A stretch of DNA of 64,000 bases from Octopus sinensis (lineage: Eukaryota), in NCBI RefSeq assembly GCF_006345805.1, contig NC_043009.1:16554001-16618000 (forward strand), in the 5' to 3' direction. A program made the position numbers and the translations under genes. Positions 49,753 through 62,269 of the stretch are shown here, in pieces. Within the stretch, counting starts at the first letter, position 1, and the number at the start of each line of letters is the position of its first letter. Below the pieces are notes generated by a model that was given only the letters and a program-made list of their open reading frames with translations, was not told where the DNA came from and made no database searches.

Positions 49753-50960
49753 ATGCTGGCATGGGTTGGACGATTTGACTGAGGACTGGTGAGCCAGATG
49801 GCTGCACCAGGCTTCAGTCTGATCTGGCAGAGTTTCTACAGCTGGATGCCCTTCCTAATGCCAACCACTCCAAGAGTGTAGTGGGTGTTTTTACATACCA
49901 CCGTCACAAGGACCAGTCATGCGGTACTGGCAATGGCCATGCTCAAATGGTGTTTTTTATGTGCTACCTGCACAGGAGCCAGTCCAGCGGCACTGGCAAC
50001 GACCTCACTCAAATGTTGTTTTTCACTTGCCACCAGCACAAGTGCCAGCAAGGCGACAGTGGTAACAATCACGCTCAAATGGTGCTTTTTACATGCCACC
50101 AACACGGGAGCCAGTCAGCGGCCCTAGCAACAATCACACTTGGATGGTGCTTTTAGCGCTCCACTAGCACAGATGCCAGTCATGCGGTGCTGTCATCCAA
50201 TCTAATTTTGATTTCACTTGCCTTGACAGGTCTTCGCAAACAGAGTTTAGTGTCCAATGAAGGAAAGGTACGCATAAGTGGGCTGGGTACACCCCTGGCA
50301 TAGGCCATGGATTATGGTCTCACTTGGCTTGCCGAGTCTTCTCAAGCACAACATATTTTCAAAGGTCTCAGCCACTAGTCATTGCTTCGGTGGGACCTAA
50401 TGTTTGAAGGTCATTTTTCCCACCTTATCCCAGGTTTTCCTGGGTCTACCTCCTCCTCAGGTTCCCTCAACTGCTAGGGTGTGACACTTTTTCACACAGC
50501 ATCCATTCTCACCACATGGCCATACCAACGCAGTCGTCTCTCTTGCACACCACATCTAATGCTTCTTAGGTCCAACTCTTCTCTCAAGGCACTTACACTC
50601 TGTTGAGTATGCACACTGACATTACACATCCAGCAGAGCATACTGGCTTCATTCCTTGCAAGCTTACGCATGTCCTCAGCAGTCATGGCCCATGTTTCAC
50701 TGCCATGTAGCATGAACCCAAACTGCATCTCATCTAAACTGACTCTCTCCTTAATTAGTTGGTCTATGACCCTCTCCGTGACCTTCATTACCTGATCCAA
50801 CAACTTGATACCTCTGTAATTATTTGCATTTAATGCATCACCTTTACCTTTGTAGCAGTTGACTATGGTTCTGCTACACCAGTCATTGGGTATGACTCCT
50901 TCATGTATCACCTGGTTAATTATATGGGTGACTAGGCTATAGCTGACACCGCCAGATATT
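49753..50960 (-). mobile_element. RTE-clade LINE 3' part with the RT core deleted
   Basis: ORF 50492-50911 joins NYRGIKLL...QFGFM directly to LHGSETW...RLRWYGHV; followed by the family 3' UTR. Confidence 0.85.
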
Positions 50961-50963
50961 TAT

Positions 50964-50995
<32 letters not shown>

Positions 50996-51070
50996 GATAG
51001 GCAGACAAACAGACTGACAGGCAGACAGACAGATAGATAGATAGAGAGAAAGAGAGAGATAACCAGAAAT

Positions 51071-51176
51071 GACTCTGACGAAAGTAGCATTAATTTTTTT
51101 AGGTTGTTCAATTTCTCAACCAATCAACTGACGAATTGTGTAAACCTATAATGACTACTGGAAACAGCTGTAAGCC
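51071..51176 (+). ncRNA. type I hammerhead-like motif with long stem II
   Basis: GACT-CTGACGA-aAGTAG CATTA..AGGTT..AACCT a TAATG a CTACTg-GAAA-CAGCTG-TA-AGCC. Confidence 0.55.
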
Positions 51177-54146
51177 AAATTTGCTCTAATAAAGGAGTCC
51201 AATGTAGACAGTTGCGTTCGGAAGTGCTGATCACTTAAAGCGGATGAAACTCATTGGAACTCATGGAAGAGGGAGCTCCAAGAGAACATGGGATGTAATA
51301 CTGAAGGCCAATCTCAAGACACTTCAACATCATCATTTAGTGTCCATGTTCCATGCTGGGATGGGTTAAGGGAGCAGTGGATAACAACATTTCTACATTT
51401 AGTAATATAGACAGAAGATAATTGTTGATGTTGGTCAATATGGTAATATTTAACTAAACAGAAGGTGGTCAGTTGGGTGAATCATTAGCACACCATGCAA
51501 AATGCTTAGCATATTTCATCTGTCTTTACATTTTGAGTTCAAATGCCACTGGAGTCAACTTTGCTTTTCATCCTTTTGAGGTCGATAAAATAAGTACCAG
51601 TTGAGAACTGAGGTAGATGTAATTGACTTAGTTCCTTCCCAAAAACTGCTAGCCTTGGGCCAAAATTTGAAATCCATATTTAACTTAGTATGTCTAATGT
51701 TAGCTTGCTTGGTAGGCATGCTAACCTAAAGGAAAAGTTTAATTTTTATGGCAAAAATTGCTTGCAACACATTCAAGAATTTTCTGAAGAAAACTTATAA
51801 AAAGGACCTGGGTTCAACTTTGAGGATATTTAGCTTATTAGAGCTGGAGACTGTGTTTTCAGTTTCATAGTTAATAAGACAATTTTCATCCCACAGCATT
51901 CTAGCTGCAACTATTCTGTCTGTTTCAGGTTATCAGAGACCACATTATCAAATATATCCTCTTAAAAGATGGTAGAGTTTGATTTGATGGAAATTTAACT
52001 GCTTTTTTAGCAAGTCCAGTGACCATATGTCGCCCCTTATATTGTTGGTTCAAGACCCCTATAAAGAACAGGATCAGGACTTCTCTCCTTTTCCTGTGAC
52101 ACTCACAAGATAAAAGACCATGCATATAAATCAACTCTGTAAGCCAGTAAATTGTTTGACAGTTTTACAATATGCTATCAGTTGTGGAGCTTAATGTCAG
52201 CTCTGACTGAACAGATCTATGATTAAAAGCATTCCAATAGTGACCATCTTGCCTCTTATAAAGTAGCATATACTGTATACTACATTATCCAGTAAAGTCT
52301 TACATATCATCATTTTTAAGATGACAGGTATGCGTTAATGGAAATATGGCAGCCATCACTAAATTTGCTAAACAACCACATAGAGTCTCCTTTGTTGAGT
52401 CAAATGCTGTTAGCAATTATGATAGGAAATCAGACCACCATCAGATACCTGCCTAAATGCAGCCCCTATGCAACCACTCAGACTGCTAGAGGAAGCAAGC
52501 AAATTTCTCTCAAAACACACTGTCCCATCTTCAAAAAACAAACACCAAAAACAAAAATATAGGAAAAGACAAGACACACAACAAAATGTAACTCTAGATA
52601 TACAAATTAAAGATTGGATAGTCACAGACAGATCACCTTTGATCTTAGGTCAGCTAGAACAAACCAACCTGGGGTTAAACATTAGAATCATATTTTCAGC
52701 AAGGCAAGAAAGGTGACTAAGATCTAAGTGACAAGGTCATGGATATATTGCAGTCCTCATAAACTGACTTTAGACATTTTATTGTACCCTTGAGCATATT
52801 GCTTTATTTTACATGTAGTTATTAATTCACTTGGCTGTCAGGAATCGGTATCGGATTGGCTGGAGGTGGCTGACCTAAAATATAGTTAAGTGGGACAGGT
52901 AACATATATAGGAAAGTAGAGAGCAAGAAAAAAACAAGAACAAAAAAAGGTAATTCTGGTGTCCAAATTAAATATGAATCAGAGAGAGAGAATAGGTGTA
53001 ACGCAGGAGGAAGAGAGTCTAATCTTTGACCAATAATACAGTGACCACTATAGACATGATTACCATCAATCATCATCAGCATTAATGTCTATTTTCCATA
53101 TTGGCATGGATTGGATGAACTGACAGGAACTGGCAAAGCCAGGGGCTGCACCAGGTTCCAGAGTCTGTTTGGGCTTGATTTCTACAGCGGGATGCCCTCC
53201 CCAATGCTAACCATTTTACAGAGTGTACGGGGCACTTTTAATGTGGCACCATGTTTCAATATTTTCACATCTCATCAGAAAAGCAGAATTTTATCAATAC
53301 TTACCAGACTTTTAGTGAGTGAGAGATATAAAGATTTGGAGTGGATAAATATTGATTGACTGATTTCACAACTCAAAGTTAATGACTGGTGGAAATTTCT
53401 CAGCTCTTTCTTCTGCAGGAAGAACATAAATTTAACTTAGGACTAAAATAGTTAATGTAATGAGACCTGCAAAGCATTCACTTAATTAGAATTACATATG
53501 TATCTAAGAGAGAAGCTATTAACTTTAATAATTATTCTTCTAGTTGATGCAGACAAGATAAAACAACTCTGAAACCCAAATTAATTAAAAATTAATTGGA
53601 GGCATGGAGTGGAGTGAGAATCAGATCTTCAGCAAATAAAGTGCAAACATGTTTCAGTCTTATTATAACTCCTCAGTAGTCTAATATGTAATTGATACAT
53701 TTTAGGTAACCATCTTTCAAGGTGGAAATATGTGTCATTGCTTAATAGCTTGAAACACCAGAATTTGTTGCTCTTGTACACTTAGAGGAATATTTACAAT
53801 ATTGCACAGATAAAATTTCCTTTAGTTGCCTAATCCAGTATGAATCTAATTTGTAATTTAACAGATTAATTTATTATCATAACAGGAACTGATCTTGTCT
53901 ATTGCACCAATTAGTCAATCAGATATCAGGATTTACTTAATAGGATATATATATATATTACAGTTTATCAACAGAATTTTACTTCCTTTTAATCTTTGAA
54001 TCTTTTATTTTAATCTTTGAATCTTTTATTTTCCAATAACTATTCCAACCATCTGCTTCATAGATTATTTTAATCTTATAGGGAAGTGAAAAATTATTGA
54101 TGACATTTATAATATGGATAGTATTATTATTATTATTATTATCATT

Positions 54147-54155
54147 AGTAGTAGC

Positions 54156-54239
<84 letters not shown>

Positions 54240-54258
54240 GGTGGTGGTGGTGGTAGTG
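54147..54258. repeat. (TAG)n-(TGG)n microsatellite
   Basis: Direct inspection. Confidence 0.95.
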
Positions 54259-54365
54259 ATGTTAACAGGTTATAAATTAAATAGAGTGTTGGTCAATTGA
54301 TAGACGAATCTGGTTTTAGGATCCTGTTGTTGATAGCGTGAATACTGTTTCTGTAGCAAATGTAT

Positions 54366-54590
54366 TTAACCCTTTAGCATTCAGATCACTCCATCAAACA
54401 TAATGCTTATTTATTCACATTGATTTAAATTAATCATCCATTACCTTATAGCTTCAATATTTCAATGATATGATTGTTTATTTTTTGTATGACATTATAG
54501 GGTAATTGAGGAGCCCCAGATCAGATTGGTTTGGACATAAAACTGGTAGAAGAATATTTGAGCTGAACATGACTAGTTTAAAGAGTAAAG
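54366..54590. mobile_element. piggyBac-like MITE copy
   Basis: TTAA|CCCTTTAGCATT start; colinear with 59681-59908. Confidence 0.6.
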
Positions 54591-54804
54591 CACTAATCCT
54601 CACTAACTCAGCTCTCTCTGCTCTAAATAGATTCCACAACGAGGTAAAGGCACTAAATGAATAGCATGGCTTACAGAACTGTGTAGAAGAAACCTATATA
54701 TTACATTAATGTTGGCTTACAGGGATGATTAGAAGAAACACATGAGTGATGATGCAGTGTTTTTTACTTCTTTTTTTAAATTTTTAGTGAGGGAAAGAAA
54801 GGAA

Positions 54805-55216
54805 CTCTTTTACTTATTTCAGTCATTTCACTGTGGCCATGCTGGAGCACCGCCTTTAGTTGAGCAAATCGACCCCAGGACCTATTCTTTGTAAGCCTAG
54901 TACTTATTCTACCGGTCTCTTATGCCGAACCACTAAGTTACGGGGACGTAAACACACCAGCATCGGTTGTCAAACGATGTTGGGGGGACAAACACAGACA
55001 CACAAGCATATACACACATACACACACATACATATATATATATACATATATATGATAGGCTTCTTTCAGTTTCCATCTACCAAATCCGCTCACAAGGCTT
55101 TGGTTGACTCGAGGCTATGGTAGAAGACACTTGCCCAAGGTGCTACGCAGTGGGACTGAATCCAGAACCATGTGGTTGGTAAGCAAGCTACTTACCACAC
55201 AGCCACTCCTATGCCT
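54805..55216 (-). mobile_element. SINE family A, full length
   Basis: Reverse complement of 43105-43500. Confidence 0.88.
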
Positions 55217-55899
55217 ATAACTGCTCATAAACTTTTATTTCTTTTCAAGGACTCCAAAATTGATGGGTAGAAAGGTATAAATTACCCTCAAACTAAAGAT
55301 CTGGCCTAAGTACCCTAGGATCAGGTTGCAGTGTAAAACTGGGAGAGGGATTAAGTCGCTACTCTAAGAACTCAGAACATAAGAAGCCTAAACAAATACA
55401 GCAAAGCATCTTATTCAATGTTCTAACGATTCTGTTAATCTGCTGGCTTGGATTAGCATTCAGTTTCATTGACCCTAAAACGATGAAAGATATAATTAAC
55501 CTCAGGGATATTTGAATTCAGAGTACAGAGATTCTGACGGGATACTTTTAGAGAAGCCTATAAATGGGCAAACCAATGGCTGTGTAGTTGTTTGATATGA
55601 GATAAAATAGCAGCTAGATTTTTCTCAAGCAAAATCCATCTTAAAAAAGGAAGGACACACTAGATAATGTAGTCCAAGATACACCATGACTTCTTTTTGA
55701 TCAATTGCTCAATCAAGATACCTATAAAAATAAAATAAGACAGATAAGGAATTCTTTTAATTATAGTTCTGACAAGGAGCTAAACAACAACAGCCTGAAA
55801 AAGTGGATGCCAGTCAAGGAATCTGTGATTCAACAAATAACTGCCAAATCTCTCTGAGAGGTATTGATCATGGCTGGAACTTATTTGATCAACTAGTTA

Positions 55900-56516
55900 G
55901 TCGAGACTGGTGATGATGCTGTAGGTGAATCACCTGTTCGAAGGTAGTTTGCAAAATTTAAAGCTGGAGAGTTTAGCTTGGAAGGTGACAGTCGCAGTGG
56001 AAGTCCTTCAAAATTTGATGATGTTTTGAAGGCAAAAATCGAAGGAAACTCAAACATCATGACTAGAGAATTTGTAGAAGAGTTGGAAGTTTCTAAAAGT
56101 GTGGCTCAGGAATACCTAAGGAAGTTAAGATACATTTCTTGCTATAACGAATGGGTCCCTCACAAACTCTCAAAAAGGAATTGCTTGAACTGATATTCCA
56201 TTTGTGACATGCTTTTGAAACAAAATGAAAGCATGCCTTTATTGAAACAACTTGGAACTGGAAAGGAAAAATGGGTTGTGTATGAAAGCATAGTGCAAAT
56301 ATGATCCAAGAGTTTACGTAAGGACCCCGCCAAAAAGCTATTCTTTGTTTTTGGTGGGATCATAATGGCATTATTTATTATGAGCTTCTCCAACAAAACC
56401 AAATCATTAATTCTGATGTGTGCTATCGTCAGCTGGCTAATTTAAACCAAAATATCAAAGAACCGAGGCCAAAGATTGCCAACAGGAAAGGGATAGTGTT
56501 CCAACAAGATAATGTC
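55900..56516 (+). pseudogene. mariner transposase relic interrupted by a PLE-derived insert
   Basis: FAKFKAGEFSLEGDSRSGSP, WVPHKL, TGKEKWVVY, WWDHNGIIYYELL, RKGIVFQQDN. Confidence 0.85.
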
Positions 56517-57060
56517 TGTCTATCAGTGCTAAGAAATGCTTGCTTACATTAAAGGTCACTTCGGGCGAGTAGTGGGATGTGAACCAGATAGTATTCCTAT
56601 CCCTGTGTTTTCTTTTCTTTATTATTGGACTAGTGGCAGTCCAGAATAAGAATAAAGCGAGATACACGCAGGAAAAGTCTTGCCCAACGTATCGAGTAGG
56701 AATAATCCAATAAGATCTCATATGCCTGCTCCATCATATGACCCCATGCTCACATCGAAAGCACCCTCTGCATCGGTAGTCTTGACCCACTCTGCATTCC
56801 TGCTGAAGAGTAAAGTCTTTCTAGCATGGAAGATTATGTCCTTATCCTCTGTACTGATTTCTATGAATTCGCTTGCGAAGGTGAGAGCTTTATCAAGCAG
56901 TTCCTTAGAGAAAGAGGCATAAAAATTGACAATATCGAATTGCGTGAATCTTGCTTTATTCTTATTCTGGACTGCCACCAGTCCAATAATAAAGAAAAGA
57001 AAACACAGGAATAGGAATACTATCTGGTTCACACCCCACTACTCACTCGAAGTGACCTTT
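56515..57060 (-). mobile_element. rearranged Penelope-like RT/linker fragment with 120-bp inverted ends
   Basis: FTQFDIVNFYAS...LLDKALTFA...IIFHARKTLLF...FDVSMGSYDGA (PLE RT) and RNTIWFTPHYS...FLALIDRH (PLE linker); 56551-56670 mirrors 56941-57060. Confidence 0.75.
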
Positions 57061-57590
57061 GGTGTTTGTCATTTGGAGAACCGCTGGCCTACAAATGTAT
57101 TGTATAATATTCTACATATAAAAATATTCTTATATACCCGCCTATGATTTCTGTCACTGGCAATTTTTATGTAAGCAAAAGATTTTTTAAATCCTAACAC
57201 AAAAGACTATTTAAAACCATCAAACGCAGGGCCACCCAAAACTAAATACAGAAATTTTATAGAAAAATCCAAGGCTCAATGAGAAAACCTTAGTGGCCCT
57301 TCTATGGGACATAGTGCACTTATTGTTGACTCCTTATTTAGGCCATTCTACTCTGAAGAGAGAGAAGAATAGGGTTAAGTGAGTGATTAATGTACTTAAT
57401 ATTCTGCTTGAAATGTGGTTAGACACAGTGGAACCTCTATATAAACTCTGCACTCCTTATACTATCACTGCATTGTTCTGTTCACTCCCAAACTGCATAT
57501 TAAACATTGATGCAAGTACTAGTTTAATGTTTCAAGCACTATGATAATTTAAATTAATCAAGATTTTATCAGTATCAAAGAAAAATAATC

Positions 57591-58516
57591 CTGTTGTGTC
57601 TGGGGAGGGTAATTTTCTTTTTGTGCCTTATATTGTAACACACTCACCAATAAAATTTCCACTTTTTTCTTATTTTTATTGTCCTAAAATTCTCATTGTA
57701 TCTTGCAACCTTTTCAACCTTTTCAATAGTTTTGACTCTGTCCCTTATTTACACTGCATTCCCTTTTGTTTGTTTGTTTGTGTGCATATGTATGTATTAT
57801 GTATGCTTGTGTGTGTATGCATATGTGTATATGTATGTATGTGTGTGCATCTGTAAGTATGTATCCTGCATATTTATGTGTTTGCATACATGTATGTATG
57901 TGTGTGGGTGTGAGTGTGTGTGTGTATGCACCCTTTTTTTTCTGTATGTAAGCATATAGATATGTAAATAAACAGATCAACATACAGACGGATAGGTACA
58001 TAGGTTACAAGAACAGACATATATGGAGACACGGATCTACACATATAAAGATGCACATCCATACATACAAACATGGTACATAGTTACATAACACACACAC
58101 ACAAGGAGACAGAAGTGCATACATATACAAACACACGCTCACACACACATATATAGAAAATACACAAACACGGACAGGCAAGCACATAAATATGCAGGAT
58201 ACGTACATATAGATGCACACACATACATACATATGCATACACACATATATACATACATACACATGCAAACACACATATACATACATACATGTATGCATGT
58301 ATAGGCACACACACACACACACACTGACCCACACACATGCGCACAAACAAAAGGGAACGCAGTGTAAATAACGGACAGAGTCAAGACTATTGAAAAGGTT
58401 GCAAGACGCAACAAGAATTTTAGGACAATAAGATTAAGAAATAAGTGGAAATTTTACTGGTGAGTGTGTTAAATAATAAGGCACTAAAAGAGAGTGACTC
58501 TCCCCAGACACAACAG
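57591..58516. repeat. ~300-bp-arm inverted duplication of a non-coding repeat family
   Basis: 57591-~57885 mirrors ~58178-58516 (ctgttgtgtctggggag ... ctccccagacacaacag). Confidence 0.82.
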
Positions 58517-58689
58517 AATATGCTTCAATACACGAACTCATATAAAGGATCTTGCAAACCAAATCCAAAAACGAAAGAAAAATAAATATTATTAAATAAT
58601 GTTTAACCAAATCAAAAAACAAGGGAAAAAAAATTTTTTAATGATTTGACGCATCAGAATTCTAATTAATTATTTATTTCCACATACTT

Positions 58690-58885
58690 GTGCTTGTGCC
58701 ACGTAAAAAGCACTAAGTGCACTCTGCTGAGTGGTTGGTGTTAGGAAGAGCATCCAGCTGTAAAAATCCTGTCAAAACAGTCACAGAAATCTGATGCGGC
58801 CTTCTCCCTGGCCAGCTCCTGTCAAACTGACCCACCCATGCCAGTACGGAAGGCAGACATTAAACGATGATGATGATGATGACGA
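58690..58885 (+). mobile_element. RTE-clade LINE 3' terminus
   Basis: gtggttggtgttaggaagagcatccagctgta...acccatgccagtacggaaggcagacattaaacgatgatg. Confidence 0.75.
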
Positions 58886-58903
58886 CTTAAATGTGGATGT
58901 TCT

Positions 58904-59043
58904 ACGTTATTTACACTTGACAGATATTTGTCCTCATCTTGTTTGTTGTTAACACAACATTTCAGCTGATATACCCTCCAGCCTTCATCAGGTGTACTGG
59001 AGAAATTTCGAACCTAGGTTCTCATTCCTAAGGTATTTTTCGA

Positions 59044-59120
<77 letters not shown>

Positions 59121-59190
59121 TCACCACGGGCATATGGTGTAGTGGTTAAGAGTGCAGGCTACTAACCCCAAGTTTGATTCCAGGTAGTGA

Positions 59191-59226
<36 letters not shown>

Positions 59227-59420
59227 CAGCAACAACATCGAAAAATACCTTCGGGATGAGAACCCAAGTTTGAAATTTCCCCAATACATCCGATGAAGGC
59301 TGGTGGGGTATATCAGCCGAAATGTTGTTTTAACAACAAACAAGATGAGGACAAATATCCGTCAAATGTAAATAATGTAAATAATATACATAATTCCTCG
59401 TCTCTTAAATATAGAACTGT
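58904..59420 (+). mobile_element. tRNA-headed, hammerhead-containing short retroelement with inverted 5' partial copy and 13-bp TSD
   Basis: TSD ATGTGGATGTTCT at 58891-58903 and 59421-59433; A box 59135-59145, B box 59172-59181; hammerhead motifs at 58952-58995(-) and 59286-59330(+). Confidence 0.78.
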
Positions 59421-59680
59421 ATGTGGATGTTCTGTAAGAACAAACATTTAAGTGGGTATAAATATTATCTCTCCATATTAATACTGCCTGTATAGCTAAT
59501 ATATATTTTCAAATTAATAAATACTTTGTCCTAACATTCCCTTCAGAACAACACTTTCCATGGAAATCTTTTTCCCTCTGTCTATATTTACTCTCCATTC
59601 ACTGATCAGCAACAGTTTACAGAATATCAACCATACCTTGTTGTCTTCTCTCTCTCTCTCTCTCTTAGACTAGGAAGAGT

Positions 59681-59908
59681 TTGACCCTTTAGCATTCACT
59701 TTATTCGATCAAAAGTAATGCTTATTTGTTCACATTGTTTTGAATTAATCATGCATTATGTTGTAGCTTTGAGATTTTGATGAGGTAACTGTTAATTTTC
59801 TCAGTGATATTGTCGGGTTAGTGTGAGAGGCCAGATCTGATTTGTTCAAGCATAAAACAGGTAGAATATTCTGGCCAGATGTGGCTGGTTTAAATGCTAA
59901 CGTGTCAA
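59681..59908. mobile_element. piggyBac-like MITE copy
   Basis: ttgaccctttagcatt ... aatgctaacgtgtcaa imperfect TIRs; second copy at 54366. Confidence 0.65.
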
Positions 59909-60839
59909 ACAAGAAGCAGATTTCAAACAGGATGTGGAGAGGAAACTTAATTCACTCTTAAAAAAAAAAAGAAATTTATAAAACCCTCAGAATAATTTAT
60001 TATCATCACCGTTGACAAGTAAGTATGAGAGAAAGGCTGATTTATTACTTCACCTATGGTACAACAGTAATGGAAATATGAGTTCATTCAATTTTTTATT
60101 TTGGCTTCTGAAGAGGAAAGAAGAGGTCATTTGAGACTAGTTGGGGTGGGGTAGTGGGGGAGAATGAGGAGCGACATAACTCAATGGTTACTGCAGTAGG
60201 AAGTAATGCACCAAGATCAAGATTATCTTAATAAAGGAGATCTGATCTGAATAACTGCAACAGAGTAGACTTCATTAAAACATCAAAAGGCTAAATGGTA
60301 GAGTTAAAGTGAGAAATAGATCAGGTCTGCAGTTGGGAAAAAACTGGTATAACATGAAATCCACCCTTGTATTGGAACTCCAAATGAGTGGGTGTGCAGT
60401 AACATTAACAACAAGAGTGTCTTTAACTTATAGTAGCAGTTCAACTCCATCTTCAGGCAATGGACAGTGATCACTGAGATGAAGACACTTATAAAGATGA
60501 CTCCATTGAAGCTATTACAATCTACAGATGGTCTACAGATGGTCTACAGATGAATTCAATGCAAACCAGTCATGAAAAACAAACAACAAGGTAGATATAA
60601 ACAATGAATAATGTTATCATCATCATCATCCTTGCTGTCACCATTGCTCTCTTCACCACAATCATCATCATCATCATCATCATCACCATTATTACCCAAT
60701 GCTCCAGTTACTACTGGTATTGTTTTCGCCTTCATGCCTCACATCTTGAATTCGCCAATTTTATGATCTTTGTACATTGACAATTTCCCCACGATTTTTT
60801 GGGGGGCAATATTTTGGTTAGAAGGAGCTGCAATGGCTA

Positions 60840-61991
60840 CAAGGGCCGGCTGAAAAGTTCATAGGCTGACCAAGATACTCTCACAGAATGTGACCTAATG
60901 AGGTTTATCGTACAACATAGTCCCTCTTGCAGTCTGCACACTTCTTCTGTCAGTGTTGCAGTGCTTTGATCCCATTGCTGAAGAAGCCTTTCACTCTGTT
61001 GGTCAAAAAATGTCAACAGCAGACATGACATTATCTCTGTGATACTAGTTCCCAGCCAAATGTTTTTCATGTTGGGAACAGAACTTGCCTACTGGAAAAT
61101 TGTCCTGGTCAAACAAGATCCCTTTCATCAGTTTCCTGGGTGTTCAGTCATGATAGCCTTTTGGTAACTGCCTCAGCAAGTTGGCATAGTACTCTCCAAT
61201 GATGGTGCAGCCCTTTTGAAGATATTCAATGAACACGATATTTTTTGCTTCCCCAAAAACTGAGGCCATCACCTTCCTGGCAGATGAAAAGATCTTGGCC
61301 TTCTTTAGAGCAGGTGAGAAGGGGTGTTTCCACAGCATGAATTGTCTCTTTGTCTCTGACTCAAAATGATGAAGTCAACACTGCCTTGAACAATGTCAGA
61401 TTTTCCTGAGATGTGATCAATCTGGTGTGCTTTTGATTAGGTGTCAGAAGATATGGCACCCACCAAGCAGAAATCTTTGTCATGCTTAGTTCATTGTGAC
61501 AATATTCTCATCTCTCACACAGGATATGCTAATTGCATTTTCTAGTTAATTTATAGTATATTGCCTGTCATCTCATTCTCCCCCGCCATGTGGTAAACAC
61601 AATAAGTGTTTCCTTTGGTGGCAGTAGTTGCAGGATGTCCAGACCATGGGGCATTTTCAAGACTCTCCCTTCCACTCCTAAGTTTTGTTGCCTACTTTTG
61701 CACTGTTGACAAAGCTGCAGTGTCATCCCCCAATGCAACAACCATGTCAGTTGGAAAGTCATTGGAAGCTGAACCCTTTTTCTGCAGGTACTTGGTAACA
61801 CCACAATGTCAAATTTTGTGAATTTTCAAGAGAAGTCGCTACTAGTTACTTTTGATGAGTCAGTTGTCAGTTTACCTGTAAAGAAACAATGCAGTTATTA
61901 ACACGGAGAGTTGAAGTTAATGCGTCCCAGATGTCACAGCTCTAGCATCACTCCTTTATAGTCAACCTATGAACTTTACAGCCCACTCTTG
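60840..61991 (-). mobile_element. mariner element relic with both TIRs and TA TSD
   Basis: TA|caagggccggctgaaaagttcataggctgac ... gtcaacctatgaactttacagcccactcttg|TA; VIKYLQKKG, GRESLE...SGHP, KKAK...SARKVMASVF...IEYLQKG. Confidence 0.85.
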
Positions 61992-62269
61992 TATCAATAA
62001 GCAGCTGAGGTCTTTTTTTCCCAGTCCTTGATTATCATGTTTGGGTGAGCTTTGATTTATTTGTCAGTTTATTATTTTTTTGTTTCTTATGTAGTTGTTG
62101 CTTTGTTTTATACAAGATGTTCCAAGTCTCACCCAAAGACCTCAAGTAACAGCAAGTTGGATGTTTTACTCTGGGTGTTATTTATGATTAGCAAAGGTAT
62201 ATTTTAACTAAAATTCTGTTAACTTTGTAATATTTCAGTTTTGAAAGAATTTTAAGAGATTCAGGTATT

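Noticed and set aside
57061-57110. GVCHLENRWPTNVLY peptide
   Set aside because: Fits either a mariner C-terminus or a PLE Cys/GIY segment; too short to assign.
59128-59195. Possible tRNA gene
   Set aside because: Has A and B boxes but a truncated variable/T region and no acceptor stem; it is a SINE head.
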